Source: an uncultured virus (IMG/VR IMGVR_UViG_3300009370_000022)
Lineage: Duplodnaviria > Heunggongvirae > Uroviricota > Caudoviricetes
DNA length: 64,000 bases
Virus record (IMG/VR): IMGVR_UViG_3300009370_000022
Strand: one strand, 5' to 3'
Program-made: the position numbers and the translations under genes
The notes under the pieces: generated by a model
Seen by the model: the letters and a program-made list of their open reading frames with translations, nothing else
Told to the model about the DNA's origin: nothing
The model's database searches: none
Shown: one piece after another, positions 30,655-40,488 of the stretch
How positions within the stretch are numbered: position 1 is the stretch's first letter
How the letters are laid out: every line of letters starts with the position of its first letter

Positions 30655-31272
30655 TTAACCGAAAACGATCGCCATTGCAATAGCTTTTCCTATACCAATT
30701 CCTGCAGATCCAAAACTCACTGAGCCTGATCCATCAGTTACTAATGCTTGTCCATTTGTACCATCGGCAGCGGGTAAAGTATAAGCCGCTTGTGCAGCGG
30801 CTGTTCCTGCTGATCCTCTAGTACTTACAAAGCCTCCTGTACGAATATCCGTACCATCATGATAACACCAAGTATTACCATATTTTGGTATAGTTATTCC
30901 TGTTGCTCCTGTAACTTTAAAGGTTATGGTATCGGATCCAGTTCTAGTAGTTCCATCAATAATTAAAAAAGGTTTTAAAATATTAGCTGCACCTCCAGGA
31001 GAAGAGCCTGAACCAGCTTGTTGAGCTATATCTAACGTCCTACTTGAACCTCCCGTAGTTCCAGTTAATTTAATAACTAAAGCTCTACCATTATAAGTTC
31101 CTGTAGAATTATCAGGTATAGTTAAAGTTCTGTCCGCGGTCATTGCCACTTCAATGTACGTAAACATATCTCTAACGTAATTTAAATTAAGGTTGGTGTT
31201 ATCACCCCACGTACCAGCGTTTTCACCAGTAGTCATTAGGTTAAAACCAAATGCATTATAATTTGATGCCAT
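30655..31272 (-). CDS. Tail fibre/spike-associated protein
   Basis: GENAGTWG..TN, TLPAADG..GQAL.TDGSG, C-terminal GKAIAMAIVFG. Confidence 0.65.
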   Translation of the reverse strand: MASNYNAFGFNLMTTGENAGTWGDNTNLNLNYVRDMFTYIEVAMTADRTLTIPDNSTGTYNGRALVIKLTGTTGGSSRTLDIAQQAGSGSSPGGAANILKPFLIIDGTTRTGSDTITFKVTGATGITIPKYGNTWCYHDGTDIRTGGFVSTRGSAGTAAAQAAYTLPAADGTNGQALVTDGSGSVSFGSAGIGIGKAIAMAIVFG

Positions 31273-31281
31273 AAAAATCTC

Positions 31282-32205
31282 CTAAGCTGCTTTTACTTCC
31301 GTATACGTAATATCTGTACCCGTAGATACTTCACTATAAGATACAGGCGTCCCTGTGTCAACCTCATTATATGCAAATACGGTAGGGATACCAGGATTAA
31401 TTGTAGCTGAAACTCCCGTAGGAAATACGTTAGCATTTGCTTTAAAAGCAAGACTACCTAAAGCAGTAGTTAAAGCTTGACCCGTTACCCCATATCCTGA
31501 AGCTTGTCTTATAATACCCGTCGTAGAAGATGCTGAAACTCCAGTAGGATATACCCATGCATCCCCTACTTGATCCGATTGATTTATACCACTTTCGGCT
31601 ACTACACCCGTTGGGAATACATGAGCATCTGCAGTTAAAGTTACTGAACCCGTAGTTCCTGTAGCACTTACTCCTGATACATCTATTGAAGCAGGACCTA
31701 TAACAATAGAATTTCCTAGATTTGTACTTAAACCTAGTCCTGTTAAAGAAACAGTAACATCTGTAACAACAGATGCACTTCCAATAGCAGTTTGAGCTGC
31801 CACGCCGAATGGTATTTCTAAATTCTTTTTAAGTTCAACTCCGATAGGACCAATAGTCCAACTCATTCCAAGACCAGTTACAGCAACTCCTACATCTCCT
31901 CGATGAGTAACACTTCCAATTGATGTGGCTGCACTAACTCCGGTAACTGGAACATTTTTAACTAGTTCTATACCGACGGATCCAACGGCAGTTGAAGCAC
32001 TAACTCCTGCTATATTTGTAATAGCATCATCAGTACCACCCCATACTTGAGATCCCCAAGTATCTCTACCCCATCCATCTAAATTGAAAGCTGATTCATT
32101 TCCGACTGCAGTAGCTGCCGCAACACCGGTAACGGAAACATTAACTGATCCTTGGTCACCCCAAAGATTATCCCCCCACTTTAACGAGCCCCAAGTGTTC
32201 GCCAT
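31282..32205 (-). CDS. Repeat-containing virion protein
   Basis: WG repeats followed by V.VTGV/VFPTGV repeats. Confidence 0.65.
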   Translation of the reverse strand: MANTWGSLKWGDNLWGDQGSVNVSVTGVAAATAVGNESAFNLDGWGRDTWGSQVWGGTDDAITNIAGVSASTAVGSVGIELVKNVPVTGVSAATSIGSVTHRGDVGVAVTGLGMSWTIGPIGVELKKNLEIPFGVAAQTAIGSASVVTDVTVSLTGLGLSTNLGNSIVIGPASIDVSGVSATGTTGSVTLTADAHVFPTGVVAESGINQSDQVGDAWVYPTGVSASSTTGIIRQASGYGVTGQALTTALGSLAFKANANVFPTGVSATINPGIPTVFAYNEVDTGTPVSYSEVSTGTDITYTEVKAA

Positions 32206-32219
32206 AAGGAACTACCTCC

Positions 32220-32657
32220 TTAGGATATTCTTAGGATAGCTAATGTATCTGTGAAATTTGGAAATTGAATTGTAAAAGTTCCAGCAGTAGCAGTTTTATC
32301 TCCACCAAAATCTAAAACACAAACTGCTTTATCAGAAGAAGATGCATTATAAATTAAAGCTCCTCTAGCTGTAATTGAAGCAGTTAACCAAGAAAGGTTT
32401 GTCCAATCGACAATTGCTGTATCATTTGATAGTTTATGAGTTTGCCCTGCTACAGCTAATAATTTTCCTTTTGCTACATATCCTGTACCGCTAGTCTCAC
32501 CAGAAGCTGTATAATCTGTTGTAGATTTTCCTAGTGTAGCACTATTAGTATATAAAGCTAAATAAAATTTATTACCTGAAGTTTGAGTAAAATTGTGAGT
32601 TGCACTTAAAAGTTGGTTTTTAAATGTATTGCACACTGCGCTAGTTGTTATTGCCAT
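32220..32657 (-). CDS. Virion structural protein
   Basis: LALYT..ATL, ITARGALIYN, VLDFGGDKT...FTIQFP. Confidence 0.7.
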   Translation of the reverse strand: MAITTSAVCNTFKNQLLSATHNFTQTSGNKFYLALYTNSATLGKSTTDYTASGETSGTGYVAKGKLLAVAGQTHKLSNDTAIVDWTNLSWLTASITARGALIYNASSSDKAVCVLDFGGDKTATAGTFTIQFPNFTDTLAILRIS

Positions 32658-32666
32658 AATAATCTC

Positions 32667-33377
32667 CTACTTAATAAGTCCTGCATCAGTTGTTGAAGGA
32701 GTGTTCATTGGGATTCTAATAGTTCCACTCGTATAATCACCTCTTCTACGTCTACCTAATTGTTCAAGACCGAACTTATCTACCTCTTGTTTATATCTAT
32801 TTTCATAATAAGTCAACATATCCATTGGACCTTTTAAAAAGCCATAAGCCTCTATCAAGCAAGCATAAAGCATACCATTAGGGAACTTCTGACTCAAGAA
32901 AGTCTGAGTATTTCCCGAACTTAATTGATCTGGCATAATAGAATATTCTACTTCAATGGTATAAGCAGCATCCGGAGAAGGGGCAATTTTATAATAATTA
33001 GTATTATTACTCGCTCCTTGACCAGACTGGAACATAGCATAGTATCTAGGCTTGCCAGTATTAGCTGTTTCATCTTGTGTATATTCATCAAGAAAAGTTT
33101 GATCTACCTTTTGAAGATACCACATATCATTATTTGAATCAGTGAGTTTAATAGCTCTAATAAAATCTTCATTACCAGGAGTATTATAAGTTCCTTGACC
33201 TACAATTAAAGTAGCTGTTTGATATTTTCTTTGAGCATCGGTTGCTACATCTCTATTAATTCTATTTTCAGCAGACATAATAAAATTATCTATGATAGCA
33301 GATGTAAAAAGAGAACTATCTACTTCAGTATAATCTCTGATTGCTGTTGTTAAAGTTGAATATGTATATCCTGCCAT
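32667..33377 (-). CDS. Head-tail adaptor-like protein
   Basis: TY..L..AI.DYTE, GKPRYY, APSPD..Y, LYACL.EA. Confidence 0.7.
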   Translation of the reverse strand: MAGYTYSTLTTAIRDYTEVDSSLFTSAIIDNFIMSAENRINRDVATDAQRKYQTATLIVGQGTYNTPGNEDFIRAIKLTDSNNDMWYLQKVDQTFLDEYTQDETANTGKPRYYAMFQSGQGASNNTNYYKIAPSPDAAYTIEVEYSIMPDQLSSGNTQTFLSQKFPNGMLYACLIEAYGFLKGPMDMLTYYENRYKQEVDKFGLEQLGRRRRGDYTSGTIRIPMNTPSTTDAGLIK

Positions 33378-33958
33378 TATGCTTGTAAGGTAACTGGTCC
33401 AATTGAAACAGATCCTCCTCCTTGTATATTACCAGTTGTAGCAGTAGATCCAACAACTGTAAATTGATAATTATTATAAGTTTGAGCATAAAGGGTACCC
33501 CATTGAGAGATAACATGACCTGCTGCTCTTGAAATTGTAGCACCATCAATTCCATCAAAATTAGGAATATTAGCGTAAGTAGCCACTGGATTACTGGTTG
33601 TCCCCGTACCTGGAGAAACCGTAGGGGGTCCATAAAATCTATAAGTATCTCCCATAGTTCTAGAATGTCCTGGTTGATAAACTCTAATTACTGAAGTTCC
33701 AGCGGTTGTAGTAAAGAAAGGATTAAATTGTAATAAAGTAGTTGTTGCAAATTCTGTTCTAGCTGGTCTTGCTCTTTGTAAAGCTTGAGGATCTCCTCCT
33801 GTAACTTTAATTTCTAATTGAGGAGATTTAGATTCGTATTCAGAAATATGGACCCATGCTCCTGTCCATTCTCTAACCATTTCTAAATAAGGAAAAGCTT
33901 GACCACTTCTATCAGAAATTGACAAAGCATATTTCCCTTGAGAAAAACGCGCTGTCAT
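33377..33958 (-). CDS. Virion protein
   Basis: GKYAL.ISDRSG..FPY.EM..EW; TAATG-coupled in the operon. Confidence 0.65.
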   Translation of the reverse strand: MTARFSQGKYALSISDRSGQAFPYLEMVREWTGAWVHISEYESKSPQLEIKVTGGDPQALQRARPARTEFATTTLLQFNPFFTTTAGTSVIRVYQPGHSRTMGDTYRFYGPPTVSPGTGTTSNPVATYANIPNFDGIDGATISRAAGHVISQWGTLYAQTYNNYQFTVVGSTATTGNIQGGGSVSIGPVTLQA

Positions 33959-34761
33959 TATGATACCGCCGGATAATAAGTTTGAGGAGTTATAAATGTA
34001 CTAGAAGCTGAACCATCTTCTGCCAATGCTCTAGCTAACTCATCTTCATAATATAATTTTAATTCTTGTGTTTTGGCAGGATTAATTTTTTGACTTAAAT
34101 AAAAAGCTAAACCTGAAACTAAACAAGGATAAAATCTATAAGGCACTTCAGGATTATTAGCATAAGGAGTACCCGTTGTTTGAGGGGCTCCTGTATCAGG
34201 GAACGCGATTCCTGGATCTTCAATTCTTCTCACATAATAAATATTAAGAAATTTACCTGCTTGAGAAGATCCTGGTGTAATATAAGTAGTTAAAGTAGTT
34301 TTATTAATAAATCTTTGAATCCAAAATTGACTAGGAACTCCTTGTGATTCTTTATTTGTTAAAGCCGCATAAGTAGATCTATCAATTTTAGTTAAAATAA
34401 TATCTGATTGATCAGTTGCTCCATCATTACTTCTATAAGAAGCAGTTAAAATATCTGTAGCATTATAAATAAAAGTACTAGACGCATCTGATCTAGCGGG
34501 ATTAACTGTATCTGATCCTCTTGCTGCGGCACTTTTATAAACATCGTAAGTATTCTGTCCACTATTTATATAAATATTAGTATTGGAAACCGTCCAAAAA
34601 TGGAGACCTCTATTTCCCCATTCAGAAAATAAAATGTTAAGTGAAAAAAGTGCAGTTTTAAGATTATAACCGGATGTCAATTGAACTTGACATCTTTCGT
34701 AAGCCTCTTCAATACATTGAGTTATTGAAGGCTCAAATGCAACTGATCCTGATGTGGCCAT
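33958..34761 (-). CDS. Head-tail adaptor-like protein
   Basis: MATSG, IEEAYER, EWGNRG, PYRFYPCLVSGLAFYL. Confidence 0.7.
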   Translation of the reverse strand: MATSGSVAFEPSITQCIEEAYERCQVQLTSGYNLKTALFSLNILFSEWGNRGLHFWTVSNTNIYINSGQNTYDVYKSAAARGSDTVNPARSDASSTFIYNATDILTASYRSNDGATDQSDIILTKIDRSTYAALTNKESQGVPSQFWIQRFINKTTLTTYITPGSSQAGKFLNIYYVRRIEDPGIAFPDTGAPQTTGTPYANNPEVPYRFYPCLVSGLAFYLSQKINPAKTQELKLYYEDELARALAEDGSASSTFITPQTYYPAVS

Positions 34762-34769
34762 TTATCCTC

Positions 34770-35081
34770 CTAACCAGTGATAGTTACCGTAACGCTGCCA
34801 CTTGCTCCAGTTAGATGATAAACAATTCCATTTTTAAATAGAATACCTGAACCTGGAATAAGAGTATTTAATCCTTCAGTTCCATATTTAGCTACGTAAA
34901 CTTGACTGCCTGGTGCTGATGCGTCAGCTGAGTCATAGAAAACTATAGTTGAAGTTGCAATACCTTTAGCTTGAATAGATGTAATTCTACATCTGCCCGT
35001 TCTTGCTAAAGTATTACTACCAACCGCCTCCATTTGAATGGAACCCTGGTCACTTGTAAATGTTCCGCCGCCATATGCCAT
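34770..35081 (-). CDS. Small virion protein
   Basis: IPGSGILF..G motif; GGAG RBS. Confidence 0.65.
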   Translation of the reverse strand: MAYGGGTFTSDQGSIQMEAVGSNTLARTGRCRITSIQAKGIATSTIVFYDSADASAPGSQVYVAKYGTEGLNTLIPGSGILFKNGIVYHLTGASGSVTVTITG

Positions 35082-35097
35082 AATTTTTCTCCTATTC

Positions 35098-35123
35098 TTG
35101 TAAGCTCCCGAAGGAGCTTACAA
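35098..35123 (-). promoter_or_regulatory. Intergenic 11-bp hairpin with cUUCGg loop
   Basis: TTGTAAGCTCC-TTCG-GGAGCTTACAA on the minus strand; no U-tract, so more likely a stabiliser or processing site than a terminator. Confidence 0.7.
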
Positions 35124-35133
35124 AATTTATTTA

Positions 35134-35622
35134 TTACTCGGTATCAGAAGTCGAACTAATTCCTAATACTTTAAATTTAATAGTACACCCACCTGCTCCT
35201 GGGGCACCTGATAAAGTAACTGTTAAATCAGCTGGTGCTGTTGCTGCAGCTGTTGTACCACCGCCAAGACTAACTATTCCATTACCCCCGTTACCTGCAA
35301 AGACACCTTTGAAGCCAGTTGAATTAGCTGCTGCGCCAATCCCATCTAACCAAGTGTCAGTTGCTCCTACAGGTCCTAAATTGTCAATAGTCACTGCATT
35401 AGTTGCCGCTGATGTAACAGCCACAAGAACAGATAGCACTATGAAGTTAGTAGGTAAAGTCTCAGTACTAACTGCAGTAGCATCCGCTGCTGCAACTGTC
35501 AGACTGTACTCATGGACCTTTAGACCCATATCAGTAGTCAAAGCTCCTGTTGTAGCACTCTCTTTTATGATCTCAAATCCGTTCTGCGAACGAACTGGAC
35601 CTTTAAACGTTGTGTTTGCCAT
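35134..35622 (-). CDS. Capsid-associated/decoration-like protein
   Basis: MANTTFKGPVRS N-terminus, beta-rich; strong GGAGG RBS. Confidence 0.6.
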   Translation of the reverse strand: MANTTFKGPVRSQNGFEIIKESATTGALTTDMGLKVHEYSLTVAAADATAVSTETLPTNFIVLSVLVAVTSAATNAVTIDNLGPVGATDTWLDGIGAAANSTGFKGVFAGNGGNGIVSLGGGTTAAATAPADLTVTLSGAPGAGGCTIKFKVLGISSTSDTE

Positions 35623-35706
35623 AATTATATCCTCCTATTTTCCGAACATAGTCTATAGGCCGTCGACTATACGCGTCTATGTTCTAATTAATTGTATAGT
35701 GAGTTA

Positions 35707-35735
35707 TTTATACGCTAAATTTTAATACAGCGCAA
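35707..35735 (-). promoter_or_regulatory. sigma70-like promoter
   Basis: TTGCGC-17-TATAAA on the minus strand. Confidence 0.6.
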
Positions 35736-35771
35736 GGTATCCTTAGGAAAAAAATTGATTTTTGATAGCGC

Positions 35772-35981
35772 TTAAGTGGCTATCGAAACTTCAGCCTTAG
35801 CGTCGTCTACTTTGGTTTGAAGCGTTTGTTCTTCAAACTCTTTGGCAATGATTTCTTTAACAATTTCCTGAATTTTTTTATCAATGTAGGACATATTAAT
35901 ATTATACTTGCCCTCCTTCAGGTGCTCCTGTTGCCACTCTAACTCCAAGGACCGTTTTGTATTGTATAGGTCTTGTGTCAT
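35772..35981 (-). CDS. Hypothetical protein
   Basis: GAGG RBS; in the operon. Confidence 0.6.
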   Translation of the reverse strand: MTQDLYNTKRSLELEWQQEHLKEGKYNINMSYIDKKIQEIVKEIIAKEFEEQTLQTKVDDAKAEVSIAT

Positions 35982-36168
35982 CTATAACCTCCTCATAGGT
36001 TATTCTCTTGGGAGTGTCTCTAAACATTCCCGTTGATTCCCATTTTATACTCTTTTCTCCCAGCTTGTCAAGGATTGCTTTTTCAATGGAAAGGGCACTA
36101 TCTTCCGCTAAAACTTCAAATTTAGCGTGATAATCGTAAGCCCAAAGATTTATGAGGAATTTCTTCAT
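35902..36168 (-). CDS. Hypothetical protein
   Basis: Follows the capsid hairpin; overlaps the next ORF. Confidence 0.55.
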   Translation of the reverse strand: MKKFLINLWAYDYHAKFEVLAEDSALSIEKAILDKLGEKSIKWESTGMFRDTPKRITYEEVIDDTRPIQYKTVLGVRVATGAPEGGQV

Positions 36169-36188
36169 TTTTTCTTTCTATTTAGTAA

Positions 36189-36215
36189 ATGTGGCGAAAC
36201 TATGTTCCGCCACAT
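36189..36215 (-). terminator. Hairpin/weak terminator after the major capsid gene
   Basis: ATGTGGCGGAAC-ATA-GTTTCGCCACAT followed by a short T run. Confidence 0.6.
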
Positions 36216-36228
36216 AAATTGTTTAAGA

Positions 36229-37131
36229 TTACACTCCAGGTGTTCCGAAGATTCCTCTCCAGTCTGAACATCCAAATGCGTATCTCTCTCTAGCTTTGTA
36301 TCTAACGTTTCCAGTATCGAAATCGCCTTCCATTGAAGTTTTCAATGGAGCTCTATCGAAATGTTTCATTCCGTTAGGTACATCAGTGATCATGAACCAA
36401 GCGTCAGTATCAGCTAAATAATTATTAATTACAAAACCTTCTGGAACTGCTCCCATTGATTTAACTGCATTAATATCATTGTCTGCTGTATTTGTTCTAC
36501 CTTGAGATTTCATCAATCGCTCTGCAACGAATTGCAAGTTAACCGGAAGAACCATTCTTCTCGGTTTAGCTGCAATTTTAAGACCTCTCTCATCTTTAGC
36601 TTGCGCGATCTGAATGATCATCGCTTCTAAAGAAGTTTCGTTTAAGTCTGCTGCATTCGTTAACAAGTTACTTTGATTACCAGATAACGTAGGGTGCGAA
36701 TTTACTATAAGAAATTGTCCATCTCCGAAAGTTCCGGATGTGAACGCATTGTTAAGTAAAGCTGCGCCTTTAGTATTCTTAGTACTCGCCATAGATCTTG
36801 CTAAAGCTTTTGTGTATCTAGAAGAAAGTCTGTCATAAAGGTTATCCTCTATTGCTTCTTCTGTGATTGCAAAAGCTAGTGCGATCGTTTCCATCGTGTA
36901 TCTAGCAGTGTAAGTTTCCTGAGCTGTATCAAAACTTACGTTTTGACCTTCAGGTTTTACTGCTGCATCACCAAAACCAGATAACATTACTTCCTCTTCG
37001 AAAGCTCTGTCAGATGATTCTGTTGCGTAGATGTCTTTAGTTTGATCCGCGTACTGTTTATATTCCAACCCAAATAAAGCATTTAGGCCAGGTTCTAGCT
37101 CTTTAATGAGCTGCTGTCGTGATATTGCCAT
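36229..37131 (-). CDS. Major capsid protein
   Basis: MAISRQQLIKELEPGLNALFGLEY..., DFDTGNVRYKARERY; position after the scaffold. Confidence 0.92.
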   Translation of the reverse strand: MAISRQQLIKELEPGLNALFGLEYKQYADQTKDIYATESSDRAFEEEVMLSGFGDAAVKPEGQNVSFDTAQETYTARYTMETIALAFAITEEAIEDNLYDRLSSRYTKALARSMASTKNTKGAALLNNAFTSGTFGDGQFLIVNSHPTLSGNQSNLLTNAADLNETSLEAMIIQIAQAKDERGLKIAAKPRRMVLPVNLQFVAERLMKSQGRTNTADNDINAVKSMGAVPEGFVINNYLADTDAWFMITDVPNGMKHFDRAPLKTSMEGDFDTGNVRYKARERYAFGCSDWRGIFGTPGV

Positions 37132-37143
37132 GTCCTATACTCC

Positions 37144-37749
37144 TTATTGTATATCGTAGTTGTAATATATGTGTTCGTTGAATTTAACTATCCAGTTAGA
37201 ATTCGCTGAACTTACGTCGCTATTAGAAGGATCTTCACTTAGTCTTACTACTGCAAACATTCCGCTTGCAACAGCCGTACCAGTAATCTCCTCTTTAGAT
37301 CTACCATTGCTTACTGCTGAACCTGCTGCATATACCATGTCAACACCTCTACCCACTACTGCTTGAGTGTGAGTACCAGATGTTTGAGCTTCGAATAAGT
37401 CATCAGGATTGTCGTAAACAAAGGCATCAATATCGCCCGTAGTGACAGTTATATCACCCGGCCAATAGTTTTGAAACGTCGGCTTATTAGTAGTTGGGTC
37501 TTGGTAAAGACAACCATTAAAGATACCTACATTACGTGCTGTGTCAGTCTCAGAAGATCCGATGTAACCAGCAGCGATTGCGCCACCAGCTTGGTCGGAG
37601 CCTACTGCTCCCATTGCAACAACGTCTCCAGCATAAATAGCGCCAGTTTGGCCATTATTTATTTTATACTGTGAAGTACCGTTAGAAGTTGGTCTACTAC
37701 CTAGTCCGCCCACTTGTCTAAAACCGAACGGTGCGTCTATGTTAGCCAT
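37144..37749 (-). CDS. Capsid cement/decoration-like protein
   Basis: MAN.DAPFGFR..., GIFNGC.Y.DP; immediately upstream of the MCP. Confidence 0.6.
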   Translation of the reverse strand: MANIDAPFGFRQVGGLGSRPTSNGTSQYKINNGQTGAIYAGDVVAMGAVGSDQAGGAIAAGYIGSSETDTARNVGIFNGCLYQDPTTNKPTFQNYWPGDITVTTGDIDAFVYDNPDDLFEAQTSGTHTQAVVGRGVDMVYAAGSAVSNGRSKEEITGTAVASGMFAVVRLSEDPSNSDVSSANSNWIVKFNEHIYYNYDIQ

Positions 37750-37833
37750 ATTATTACTCCTTGTGTGAATAGTTTTACCTATTCACGGTTAATTTAATCG
37801 ATAGTAGGGAATTGGTTGTTATCCCGAGAAAGA

Positions 37834-38295
37834 CTAATCTTCGTCCTTCTTTGTACCACCGAAGGTTACACGAGTCTGCCTCTCTTGATTGATTGGCATA
37901 CTTGGGTGCTGTTCCTTATTCAAATCGTGTTTTAAAGCTTCGTCGGCAGATCTTACTTCTTCAGCAAAATAAGCCTCACGAGATTTAGCGATCTCTTCAG
38001 GTACCCTAGCCAGCACTAGGCCACCAACTCCGATAACCCCAGCGTATTTTCCGTCTTTATTCACAGGATAATCTGAATCAGGATATTCGTCAGCTCTCAC
38101 TAATTCGTATCCGCTTCTAAGTCTTCCTTGTACGTTTCTCGTATCATCAAAACCTAGAGTCTCAGCTCTTATCCATCTGTGCCTAAATCCATCAGGCGCC
38201 GGTGGTGCATCTAAAGATGATGGTGGAGTCCAAACTTTTGGTCTTTCAGATTTAGACCTTGTTTCGCTCGCACGAGAAGTTTTATTGTTTTCCAT
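37834..38295 (-). CDS. Conserved head-module protein
   Basis: WTPPSSLDAP..PDGFRHRWIR, IGVGGLVLAR. Confidence 0.7.
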   Translation of the reverse strand: MENNKTSRASETRSKSERPKVWTPPSSLDAPPAPDGFRHRWIRAETLGFDDTRNVQGRLRSGYELVRADEYPDSDYPVNKDGKYAGVIGVGGLVLARVPEEIAKSREAYFAEEVRSADEALKHDLNKEQHPSMPINQERQTRVTFGGTKKDED

Positions 38296-38299
38296 ATGC

Positions 38300-39304
38300 T
38301 TATGCTCCTTCCGTGTTTAATACTTGTTTCGCATATTCTTCGAGTGGCACACCTAATTTTTTTGCAATTTGCACCTGTGAAGATGTGAGGCTCACAGTTT
38401 TGCGACCAGGTTTTACACCTCTGCGTACAGGGGCAACCGTCTGAGCGGGTTTAGTCGTATTTATATTAGTTTTACCAAATTTATGGGGGAAGTCAAGCTT
38501 CATTCGCTTATCTATCTCAGCATAATACTCGTCAGATGTAGGATCCATACCTTCAGACTCAACAAGATCCTTATGATGTTCAAAAGCAGTATAAGTCATT
38601 GGTTTATCTTTACCAAACCAAGTATTCTTTTCTGCCCATGTTTCCGCTTTCTCATCTACTTGAGGTAAGGATTGAGGCGTTGGTTGGGCCATTCCTTCTC
38701 TGTATTGAGGAGCTCGAGGGGTTTCCCTTTCATAAGTTTCTCTTTTTGATTTTTCTGAAGCAATCCTATTTGCATCAGTTGTTAATGTGCTCAACTCAGT
38801 TTGAGCTTCAACTTGTTTAGCTGTATCTCCTCCTTCAATAGCTGCAGCCAATTTTGCTTTAACAGCATCTAATTGACTTTTAACTCTTGTTTCTGAATCT
38901 TTAAGATAAGCTGAATCTAAATGTTTATATCTAGATTCCCAAGTCTTTCTTTTTGTTTCTACGCCTCTCGCGTAGTCTATAGCAGCATCTTTCTGACGTT
39001 CTGCCTCTCTCCACTTTCTGGTAAGTTTAGAAATTCTTTTTTTAACAGAATCACTATACTCTTCTAGTTTCTCGTCTTGCTTTTCTTGTTTCGTTTCTTC
39101 TTTTTCTTCGATCTTTGTTTCTTCTTGTTTGCTTTCTTGAACATCAACGCTGACATCAGATTTCTCAGATGTGTCAGCGGACTCAGTATTGACATTAACA
39201 CTTTCGTCATTTTTTCCTTCCTCTTTAATTTCAACTTCCGCACCTTCACCACTTGTGTCTAAGTCGACTAGTTTTTCACTAGGTTTTTTTGCTTCTTCTG
39301 GCAT
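38300..39304 (-). CDS. Capsid scaffolding protein
   Basis: Acidic N-terminus, coiled coil, WAEKNTWFG, C-terminal IAKKLGVPLEEYAK. Confidence 0.75.
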   Translation of the reverse strand: MPEEAKKPSEKLVDLDTSGEGAEVEIKEEGKNDESVNVNTESADTSEKSDVSVDVQESKQEETKIEEKEETKQEKQDEKLEEYSDSVKKRISKLTRKWREAERQKDAAIDYARGVETKRKTWESRYKHLDSAYLKDSETRVKSQLDAVKAKLAAAIEGGDTAKQVEAQTELSTLTTDANRIASEKSKRETYERETPRAPQYREGMAQPTPQSLPQVDEKAETWAEKNTWFGKDKPMTYTAFEHHKDLVESEGMDPTSDEYYAEIDKRMKLDFPHKFGKTNINTTKPAQTVAPVRRGVKPGRKTVSLTSSQVQIAKKLGVPLEEYAKQVLNTEGA

Positions 39305-39319
39305 AGTTCCTTCCTATGT

Positions 39320-39775
39320 TTAATATTCATGCAAGATCATTTCAGGATCTTGAATGGTTGCAAGAATCTCATCTTCATTTAAGATTCTTATTTCTCCCCC
39401 TTCAATTTTTAAACGTGAACCGGCATATCTAGCGAAGACTACCCATTCACCTTTTTTACACCACTGACCTTCCGGATATCTTTTTTTATCTCGATAACAA
39501 TCAGGTCCCATTCCTAAAACTAAACCACAAACCGTTCCGATTTGTTGTCGTTCTAAAGCGGCTTCGGCTAATAAAATTCCTCCTTTAGTTTTAACTTTTG
39601 GTTGAAAAGGTAAAACCATTATTCTCCAGCCAGTAGGTTTAGGCAAACTGGATTCTGCAGGAGGAACATTACGTTTCGCTTCTGCTTCTTCAGCTGCTTT
39701 TTTTAATTCAGGCTCTAAGGCTAATTTAATTTTAGGGATTTCTGTCTTTGTCGATTCTAATAACTTTTCCGTCAT
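39320..39775 (-). CDS. groES: Co-chaperonin GroES/Cpn10
   Basis: PTGWRIMV...KTKGGILL, G.V..MGP, YAGS, ILNEDEILA. Confidence 0.9.
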   Translation of the reverse strand: MTEKLLESTKTEIPKIKLALEPELKKAAEEAEAKRNVPPAESSLPKPTGWRIMVLPFQPKVKTKGGILLAEAALERQQIGTVCGLVLGMGPDCYRDKKRYPEGQWCKKGEWVVFARYAGSRLKIEGGEIRILNEDEILATIQDPEMILHEY

Positions 39776-39977
39776 TGTCTTGCTCCTTCGTATTATTTAG
39801 CAGGTTAGAGATTTCCTGAAAGACACCTTCAAGTGCCGCTATCTGTCCAGTAATATACTTATATTTATCAAAGTTGTCAACTGCTCCGGACGTAACACTT
39901 AACGATAAAGCTTGCAATCTTTGTTTAATTGCTCTTTGTAATTTATGAATTACAATAAACTCATTATTTTGAGCCAT
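39732..39977 (-). CDS. Hypothetical protein
   Basis: G.VDNFDKYKYITGQI motif; in the operon. Confidence 0.7.
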   Translation of the reverse strand: MAQNNEFIVIHKLQRAIKQRLQALSLSVTSGAVDNFDKYKYITGQIAALEGVFQEISNLLNNTKEQDNDGKVIRIDKDRNP

Positions 39978-40104
39978 GTTTCTTCTTTCCTTTCTTTTTC
40001 TTTTTTCCTACAGGTTTACTGCCATAGGTTTCAGTCCAATCTTTAGCAATCTTGGGATGATTTTTCCAGAGATATCTTCGTTGCTTCTCTGATTTAAAAG
40101 GCAT
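39964..40104 (-). CDS. Small basic protein (46 aa), not in the ORF track
   Basis: MPFKSEKQRRYLWKNHPKIAKDWTETYGSK...; TAATG overlap. Confidence 0.7.
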   Translation of the reverse strand: MPFKSEKQRRYLWKNHPKIAKDWTETYGSKPVGKKKKKGKKKHGSK

Positions 40105-40487
40105 TATTTTTTACCACCACGAAATATTTGAGTCCCCTTTATACCAAAAATACTCGCGCAGACAAGAATCCATAAATTTGTAAACCATGACGGCAACGCC
40201 TGGAAATGTTCGAAGAACACTTTTATCTTGGTCATAGCGGCCGGATCGTCCGACCAGACCCCCCAGGCCAAAATTATTATGGGCAGTGTGAGAATCGCCA
40301 AAACTACCTCGTCCTTGTAGTCGTTTTGACGGGCTTCTAAAAGTTTGCCCTGGTATTGCTCTTCGCCTCGGGCCATCTTAGCTGCATGCATGTGTTGTGC
40401 ATCAGCCATAGCCATTTTTGTCTCTTGACGCTTTTTGTAAATATGACTTCCAGCGTTGAGCGCTAGTTTAATAGCACTGAACCACAT
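40104..40487 (-). CDS. Holin-like membrane protein
   Basis: KDEVVLAILTLPIIILAW and LWILVCASIFG TM segments. Confidence 0.65.
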   Translation of the reverse strand: MWFSAIKLALNAGSHIYKKRQETKMAMADAQHMHAAKMARGEEQYQGKLLEARQNDYKDEVVLAILTLPIIILAWGVWSDDPAAMTKIKVFFEHFQALPSWFTNLWILVCASIFGIKGTQIFRGGKK

Positions 40488-40488
40488 A

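Noticed and set aside
37767..37788. Hairpin GTGAATAG-TTTTAC-CTATTCAC before the 201-aa gene
   Set aside because: Short stem without a sense-strand U-tract; too little evidence to assign a function.
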